From positions 768,001 through 832,000 of the forward strand of contig OZ220696.1 of the NCBI GenBank assembly GCA_965116495.1: a stretch of DNA of 64,000 bases. Direction: 5' to 3'. A program made the position numbers and the translations under genes. Positions within the stretch are counted from its first letter, which is position 1. Each line of letters starts with the position of its first letter. Shown piece after piece: positions 57,755-64,000 of the stretch. The notes below the pieces were generated by a model. That model searched no databases, was not told the origin of the DNA, and saw only the letters and a list, made by a program, of their open reading frames with translations. The stretch comes from Gammaproteobacteria bacterium. Its GTDB lineage: Bacteria > Pseudomonadota > Gammaproteobacteria > Eutrophobiales > Eutrophobiaceae.

Positions 57755-58594
57755 TCAGCGAAGGAGATATTCGATTATTTCATGTGCGACAAGCGCAGGT
57801 TGCTCGTACAGCAGAAAATGTCCGCCTGCCAATACACAACTTTCCGAGTTGGGGATCATCTCCAGCATTTGCCCGAAGCCGACTCCACTTGCGCTGGGGT
57901 TTATCGGGTTCATTATATCCTCATCAGCACCGAGCAATAATGTTTCAGCTTTTATCCCTGGCAAGACGTTGCTTAAGTCCACTCCTTGCGATGTACCTTT
58001 GACATCCTTGCCGAAGTTATCGAGTGATCCGGGCTGAAAGGATCGTTCGAATGCTGCCACAACCTGGTTTTTATCATGACGATCCCAGAATGCTCGCGAA
58101 AAGCCCTGCAGCATAACCAACTCCATAAACGCTTCGGCGCCGCCATTGCGGGCGGCCGTTATCCATGTCTGCCGCATTACAAGTGCTGCGCGATCGAGAC
58201 ACGCGATTGCCAGTGAAATAATCAGACGTTGAATAAGAGCAGGGTGATCGGAGGCAAGCGCCAGCGCGATTCGTCCACCCATGGAGGTGCCGTGAACGTG
58301 AATTGGACCGCAATCAAGGGCTTCGATTGCCGCTGCCGTATCTGCCGCGTAACTACCCGGGTCGCGAGCATGTTCTGCCGCTGAACTATCTCCATAACCA
58401 GGCAGGTCGATATCCAAAACTTCGAAGTGTTTTGTCAGTAGCGGTGTCAGAAGATCGAAATTACGGTGTCCGGTGCCGACGCCGTGAACCTGCAGTAATC
58501 TCGGCCCACTACCTGCAACCCGTACGGCGATGGTCCCGCGCGAAGTATCGAGCAATCGCTGTTCCCCAATAGCCGCGACGCCTGCTTCGCTCAT
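57755..58594 (-). CDS. Alpha/beta hydrolase
   Basis: HG, DLPGYGDS, GTSMGG nucleophile elbow, late GH; ATGA overlap with the upstream gene. Confidence 0.9.
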   Translation of the reverse strand: MSEAGVAAIGEQRLLDTSRGTIAVRVAGSGPRLLQVHGVGTGHRNFDLLTPLLTKHFEVLDIDLPGYGDSSAAEHARDPGSYAADTAAAIEALDCGPIHVHGTSMGGRIALALASDHPALIQRLIISLAIACLDRAALVMRQTWITAARNGGAEAFMELVMLQGFSRAFWDRHDKNQVVAAFERSFQPGSLDNFGKDVKGTSQGVDLSNVLPGIKAETLLLGADEDIMNPINPSASGVGFGQMLEMIPNSESCVLAGGHFLLYEQPALVAHEIIEYLLR

Positions 58595-60864
58595 GCAGGT
58601 GAAAGCTCGATATCCCGTAAATGTGAATCGGACCCACGGGCAATTTCCGTCTCCAACAACGTGCCGCAACCGGGGCAGACAAATTGACGAAGTTCGATAT
58701 TGGCATCAACATAAAGGCCAGGGTCATTCATCATGGATCCGCCGGCAGATAGCGGAAGACAGCGCTGTGCCACGGCGTCCTTATAGTTTTCAGTAATGCC
58801 GCAGATGACGGTATCACACATTCGACAACTCATCTGGATGTCATCTTTATTTTCCCCGTTTGCTTCTGCCGCCGTCCTTAATACGAGGTACTCGGAAACC
58901 CTGAGCCCGTCGCTTTCCTCTATAGCTCTGGGCGGCGGTCTGCCGATCCTTTCTGTACGCATCCGTAAACGGCGGGCCTCCGTCTTTACACTATCCACCC
59001 TGGTATCGTTATCGATTACCACACCGTACATATCAGCTGCCGCCTCACGACTGACATAGCCTAACTCGACATCTTCCTGTACCCGCTCCGGTTCCCGTAG
59101 CAGCGGATCACCATAACCACCCCCGGCGCTGAGCCGGAACTCATGAACATCCGTTGGTCCCTGGCGCAGGTTATTCATCTTCGGTTGCACCGTCGTCAGG
59201 TCTCCATCCAGACTCTCCAGAGAATCGGGAATGACGCCATTCGCAAAGAAGTCGCGTACATTACTGTTGCGTTTTTCTACAATAAGGTTTGCGGCTCCGG
59301 GATAACCCCCAAACAGGCCTCCCGAGGTCGGTGTTGCAAATCCGCACGCCGACACATCGTGCCTGATTTCGTCAGCGCCGTGGGTAACCTGTGCTGCAAC
59401 AGGTCCGACACCCCGTGCCCACCGGCCCGCACCGCCGGAGTCCTGCAATTCTCTTCGATACAGGAACAGAATTGGACGATCCTGTTCTTCGGTTTCCGCG
59501 TCCGGCATACGCGTGCCGTAAGACCAGAGAGTTCCGCCTGTGGGAATGCCGTCATTAAGTGCGAAGCCACCCAGGGCGCCGGCAGGAATCTCCATGTGTA
59601 ACCCGCCCCATGGTTCTCCACGCTGATTGATGCCCGACATCCCGCTGATTGGCGCATTACTGGACCCGCCCGAGGCGCAAATACTTGCACGCTGGCCTGC
59701 ATCACTGATCATCATCTTGCCAAGCACTTGTGCCGCCAGCGAGACTGTCAGCATGATGACAAAATTGGTACTGTTGGCTACTGCTCCGGGAAACTCTGCC
59801 GTACACAGGGATCCGGGTGGCGCATCGAAGTGAATACAGCGTAGCGGTCCGCCCAGCGCGCATTGCAGATCATGCAGCAAGGCGTTGGTTACCGCGTTGA
59901 TTATGCCGGCGCGCCATCCGGCAAAGCTGGAGTTCAGACAGCCAATCTGCTCGTGTGTGCCTTCAGTTTCAAATACCAGGTCTGCGCCTTTCTTGCGCAT
60001 CGTCAGAACCAGCGGGTAGATGCCTCGATCGCCGGGTAACGCCTGTTCAAGGTAACCCCTGGCCCGCCAGGTACCGTCAGGAAGTTTCAACAGGCGGTTG
60101 ACGAATGTCTTCTCGGCATGCTCGATAATCCGACGCATGACGCCCTTGACTACCCCGGCGCCGTATCGGTCGACCAGCTCCAGTATCCGTTTCTGCGCCA
60201 CCAGGTTGCCTGAGACGGCAGCCCGCAGGTCAAGGCCGAGCATACCGGGCAGGCGGGATTGCCGGAGATACATTTCTTCGAGATCCTCGCGCAGACGACC
60301 CTGCTCGACTATCCGGATGGGTGATATACGCACCGGCTCGTGGAAGGAATCCCGCGCTTCCGGGCTCATCCCCCCCGGAGTCACACCGCCGACATCATTC
60401 TGGTGCATGGTATTCACGGTCCAGCAGAAAATCCTGCCGTCAACGAATACTGGAGCAATCAGGGTCACATCCATCTGATGGGTTGCGCCTATCCATGGAT
60501 CATTGGTGAGGAACATATCGCCTTCCCGAATTCCTGGATTCTCAGCCAGGTTTTTCATCACCCACTTGGTGGCCAGGTCGGCAGCAGAGGTAATTATCTG
60601 AACGTAAGGCCCGGCAAATACATATTCGACATCTTCGGTAAGGATGCAGGGGTTGAGATCGCGCCCGTGGGCGACAATCAACGACCCTGAAGTTCGAATC
60701 AACGTAGTGCCGTGTTCGATATTAGTGTTCCACAAATTATTTTTGATGACCTCAAAAGTGACAGGGTCGATCTTCTCCGCAGTCTCGGTATGAAGTTCCA
60801 ACTGATTCACTGGCGGACTGCTTTGCACGTTGTCCTGATCTCTGGTTTCCGAAGTGCTGGTCAT
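58591..60864 (-). CDS. Hydantoinase B/oxoprolinase family protein fused to an acetone-carboxylase-gamma-like Zn domain
   Basis: IDPVTFEVI, NDPW...HxxD, H..DVGG, DSGGAG, GGGYGDPLLREPE.V..DV..GYVS; C-terminal CRMC...CPGCGTLLETE. Confidence 0.9.
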   Translation of the reverse strand: MTSTSETRDQDNVQSSPPVNQLELHTETAEKIDPVTFEVIKNNLWNTNIEHGTTLIRTSGSLIVAHGRDLNPCILTEDVEYVFAGPYVQIITSAADLATKWVMKNLAENPGIREGDMFLTNDPWIGATHQMDVTLIAPVFVDGRIFCWTVNTMHQNDVGGVTPGGMSPEARDSFHEPVRISPIRIVEQGRLREDLEEMYLRQSRLPGMLGLDLRAAVSGNLVAQKRILELVDRYGAGVVKGVMRRIIEHAEKTFVNRLLKLPDGTWRARGYLEQALPGDRGIYPLVLTMRKKGADLVFETEGTHEQIGCLNSSFAGWRAGIINAVTNALLHDLQCALGGPLRCIHFDAPPGSLCTAEFPGAVANSTNFVIMLTVSLAAQVLGKMMISDAGQRASICASGGSSNAPISGMSGINQRGEPWGGLHMEIPAGALGGFALNDGIPTGGTLWSYGTRMPDAETEEQDRPILFLYRRELQDSGGAGRWARGVGPVAAQVTHGADEIRHDVSACGFATPTSGGLFGGYPGAANLIVEKRNSNVRDFFANGVIPDSLESLDGDLTTVQPKMNNLRQGPTDVHEFRLSAGGGYGDPLLREPERVQEDVELGYVSREAAADMYGVVIDNDTRVDSVKTEARRLRMRTERIGRPPPRAIEESDGLRVSEYLVLRTAAEANGENKDDIQMSCRMCDTVICGITENYKDAVAQRCLPLSAGGSMMNDPGLYVDANIELRQFVCPGCGTLLETEIARGSDSHLRDIELSPA

Positions 60865-60897
60865 TTCGCTTACCTTTGTTTTACGGATGCAAATAGT

Positions 60898-62991
60898 TCA
60901 AACGTGGATGTGCAAATCACCGGATGGAGTTACCTCAAGTGATTGTCCGGGGTGGACCGGTACCGTGGTAACGCCAAGTTCGAGAATCGCCGGTCCCTCG
61001 ATGCGATGTCCCGTTACCAGTCCTTGCCCGGGAAACACCGGCGTTTGTTCGAAGCCGCGAGTAACATTCCAGCACACCGCGCGCTTCGAGGTTCGGGAAT
61101 TCTCTGTTGCGGTGTCGCTGCTGACAGAACCGCGCAATGATTGTCCGGTATTAGTACCCGGCGCTACAGCCTGTACCCGCACGGCAGTGAGTTGCACACC
61201 TGCCTCCCGGTAGGCGGTGCCTGAGCCGAAGATTCGTTCATATATCTCACCGAAACTCAATGGAATTTTTTCTACCGCCTGTTCATTCAGTTCAGCTTCA
61301 AGAGGCACTTCCAGCACGTGGGCTTGCATACCATATTTCAGATCGGCGAAACGCTGACACGTAATACGGGATTCTGCCGCGCCGAATGTCACAAGTCGCC
61401 TGGTTGCCTGCTCTTCAAGCGCCCGCAGTTCGGTCTCAAATTCATCTGCAGGTATGGGCAGGTTCCTCATCAAGGAGCGCTCGACCACAACGGAAAGATC
61501 TGCCGTGGCAGCGCCATATGCAGACCATACCGCAGCCAGACTACCGCGCGGAATCACCACTCGGGATACACCCAGTTCACGTGCGAATGCCGGTGCATGC
61601 AACGGTCCCGCACCACCGTATGCGCAGACCACAAAGTCACGCGGGTCGTATCCGCGGCCTATGGTAACCTGGCGCACCAGGCCTGCCATCTGCGCGTCGA
61701 CTATTCTGACAGCGCCGCACGCAGCTTCTACTACGCTCATACCCAGTCTCGAAGCGACCTCCGCATCGAGTGCGGCTTGGGCGCGTTCAGGTTCCAGTTT
61801 CATCCTGCCGCCGAGGAATTGTTCGGGATCGAGAAATCCGGTAACAACATTGCAGTCTGTGACCGTCGGTTGCGTACCGCCCCTCCCGTAACAGGCGGGT
61901 CCGGGCTCAGCGCCGGCGCTGCTGGGCCCGACGCGTAACGATGTGCCGAGTTCATCTACCCAGACTATACTCCCCCCGCCACTGCCGATTGATTGAAGTT
62001 CTATGGTGGGAACGGAATATTCATATTGATGAATGACACTGATATTTGAACGCAAGGGGTTGCCCTCAACAATCAGCGACACGTCAAACGTCGTTCCGCC
62101 CATGTCGATGGCAATGACATTGTCGCCCAGCGCCGCGCTGGCGATTGTCCCGGCTACGGGTCCGGAACCAAGTAGCCGCACCGGGTTGCGTCCTGCCTCT
62201 TCAGTGGATACGGAACCTCCCGTGCTTTGCAGCACGCTCACCGTGCTTCGATATTTTGCAGCCGTTTCCCGCTCCAGCCTGGTAAAGTAATCCTGAACGG
62301 TGGGGCCGACGTAGGAATTGATCACGCTAGCAACCGTGCGGGCATATTCACCCGTGCGCGGGGCAATCTCGCAGGAAATGGAAATGTATGCGCCCGGGCA
62401 TTCCTCTTCAACGATCTTCCGCAACCTCCGTTCGTGCGATTCGTTGACAAATGACCAGAGCAGGCATATAGCGAACGAAGCAACGCCTGCAGAACCGAGT
62501 TTGCGTATGACCTCCCTGGCTCTTTCCTCGTTCAGTTTGACAACGATGGCGCCGTTGCAGTCAATGCGTTCATCGATCTCGCCGGTCATCTTCTTCGAGA
62601 CCAGGGGCGCGGGTTTCTTCAACAGATGTATATTGGTGATCTGATCCTCAGGCAGACCGGCAATATAGCCCCGGCCCTGCATGATGTGAATGGTGTCCCT
62701 GAATCCACGGGTGGTCAGCAACGCTACCGGCGCCCCCGCGCGTTGCACAACGAGATTTGTCGCAATAGTCGTGCCGTGAACGATTCTATCGATTGTCCGG
62801 TTGGCGTGTCCGTCGAGAGCGGCTTCTTTGAGGACTGCATCGATGCCGTTCAGGAAACAGTCTACCAGGTTCGCGGGTGTGGTCGGAACCTTGGCGCTCC
62901 ACATCCTGCCATTCCCGTCCGATGCAACAACATCGGTGAACGTGCCGCCAATATCAACACCGAGTTCTATTGCCATGTTTTTGATGAGCAC
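60898..62991 (-). CDS. Hydantoinase A/oxoprolinase family ATP-binding subunit
   Basis: GVDIGGTFTD, HGTT.ATN, SGP.AG, DMGGTTFD, SAGAEPGPACYG, GGAGPLH; start may be the ATG five codons downstream. Confidence 0.95.
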   Translation of the reverse strand: MLIKNMAIELGVDIGGTFTDVVASDGNGRMWSAKVPTTPANLVDCFLNGIDAVLKEAALDGHANRTIDRIVHGTTIATNLVVQRAGAPVALLTTRGFRDTIHIMQGRGYIAGLPEDQITNIHLLKKPAPLVSKKMTGEIDERIDCNGAIVVKLNEERAREVIRKLGSAGVASFAICLLWSFVNESHERRLRKIVEEECPGAYISISCEIAPRTGEYARTVASVINSYVGPTVQDYFTRLERETAAKYRSTVSVLQSTGGSVSTEEAGRNPVRLLGSGPVAGTIASAALGDNVIAIDMGGTTFDVSLIVEGNPLRSNISVIHQYEYSVPTIELQSIGSGGGSIVWVDELGTSLRVGPSSAGAEPGPACYGRGGTQPTVTDCNVVTGFLDPEQFLGGRMKLEPERAQAALDAEVASRLGMSVVEAACGAVRIVDAQMAGLVRQVTIGRGYDPRDFVVCAYGGAGPLHAPAFARELGVSRVVIPRGSLAAVWSAYGAATADLSVVVERSLMRNLPIPADEFETELRALEEQATRRLVTFGAAESRITCQRFADLKYGMQAHVLEVPLEAELNEQAVEKIPLSFGEIYERIFGSGTAYREAGVQLTAVRVQAVAPGTNTGQSLRGSVSSDTATENSRTSKRAVCWNVTRGFEQTPVFPGQGLVTGHRIEGPAILELGVTTVPVHPGQSLEVTPSGDLHIHV

Positions 62992-63025
62992 TTCGCCAAT
63001 GTGGACAGAGACATCTGTGCACTCC

Positions 63026-64000
63026 TCATGAGTGGAGCTTCGGTATTACTTCAGCGGCGAAAACCTGCATCGCTGCGCGCTGTATATCCTGGTTCATTCC
63101 AGGCCAGTATAAGCGAGCTATGTAATGGAACTCAATTCCAGCGGCCTCCTGGTATTTCCCTAGTTTTTCCACGACCTCATCCGGTGTGCCTGCCAACGAG
63201 CTGGCGCGCAGCGATTCAGTCCGCTGTGGAGAGGGTGGGGGCGCCTTATCCGGCGGGGCAATGCGCCCGCGTGCGTGCGCGATGTCCGCATACTTCCAGT
63301 AGGTGTAGTGCATATGTTCAGCCAACTGTTCCCAGGCGTTCTGGCGCTTCGACACGAAAGTCGGCAGGAACATGCTCGCGGTGAAACTGCCGGGCGGGCG
63401 ACCTGTGTCTTGCAGACCATCCTGAATCCAGGTCATTTGCCTGCGAAAATATTCAGGGGTAAACGCTTTGTCTAAACTCCCGCTTGAAATGAACCCGTCA
63501 GCGATCCTGCCCGCGCGGCGAACCGCCGGCTTCGCAGTGGCGCCAATCCAGATCGGCAAGCCCCCGGGCCGGGCCGGTTTTGGTCTAACGGAGACTCCCG
63601 GATAACTCAGCGCGTCACCACCGGTAACCACCCCGCCTGACCATGCCTGGCGCAGGATCGTTACCGTGTCCTCCAGCACGCGGGGTCGTTTGCTCAATGG
63701 GACGTGCAGCGCTTCAAATTCTTCCGGACGCCAGCCCTGGCCAAGACCGAGGATAAAGCGGCCGTTCGAGATCAGGTCGACTGTTGCACTGTCTTCCGCC
63801 AAGCGCAACGGTTCATACAGGGGCGCCAGGGCGACTGCCGTCCCGATTTCAATCCGGCTTGTTCGGGCTGCAATTGCCGCACACATAGGCAGTACCGATG
63901 GCAGATAACCATCGTCTACGAAATGGTGTTCCGACACCCATACGGAATCGAAACCGAGGGTTTCCGCTTCGACGGCAAGTTCAATCGCATCCCGGTAGCG
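63026..64000 (-). CDS. LLM-class flavin-dependent oxidoreductase (truncated at window edge)
   Basis: Frame is open to 64000 (AETLGFDSVWVSEHHF); PLRLAED.A.VD.IS.GR..LGLG.GW. Confidence 0.93.
   Translation of the reverse strand, partial: RYRDAIELAVEAETLGFDSVWVSEHHFVDDGYLPSVLPMCAAIAARTSRIEIGTAVALAPLYEPLRLAEDSATVDLISNGRFILGLGQGWRPEEFEALHVPLSKRPRVLEDTVTILRQAWSGGVVTGGDALSYPGVSVRPKPARPGGLPIWIGATAKPAVRRAGRIADGFISSGSLDKAFTPEYFRRQMTWIQDGLQDTGRPPGSFTASMFLPTFVSKRQNAWEQLAEHMHYTYWKYADIAHARGRIAPPDKAPPPSPQRTESLRASSLAGTPDEVVEKLGKYQEAAGIEFHYIARLYWPGMNQDIQRAAMQVFAAEVIPKLHS

Noticed and set aside
1-64000. tRNA, rRNA, integrase, transposase or phage structural genes
   Set aside because: No sequence or motif evidence seen in the window.

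Overview
A 64 kb chromosomal window, most likely from a gammaproteobacterium (ssb-uvrA; rpsF-rpsR-DUF2232-rplI-dnaB-alr-radA; dinB; leuCD), possibly marine given its Na+-coupled transport. The left half is mostly housekeeping, with an orphan RsbV/RsbW/RsbU-type partner-switching module, a Phd-VapC pair, phaC, a frameshifted mtaB and several structured intergenic repeats. The right half (32-64 kb) is a catabolic patchwork. It contains an anthraniloyl-CoA monooxygenase (abm-type) gene set split into two divergent halves, with nirBD and a glutaryl-CoA operon between them. That operon pairs a non-decarboxylating glutaryl-CoA dehydrogenase with a complete Na+-pumping glutaconyl-CoA decarboxylase, a module characterised in strict anaerobes. 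Downstream of abmA is a Rieske dioxygenase/ligase/thiolase/OB-fold/SDR block resembling the iad auxin-degradation genes, followed by a hydantoinase A/B-LLM oxidoreductase island. The best candidate for a new system is this linkage of O2-dependent indole/anthranilate catabolism with an anaerobe-type Na+-conserving decarboxylase. No rRNA, tRNA, CRISPR array or transposase was seen. All homology calls come from motif recognition and memory, not database searches.
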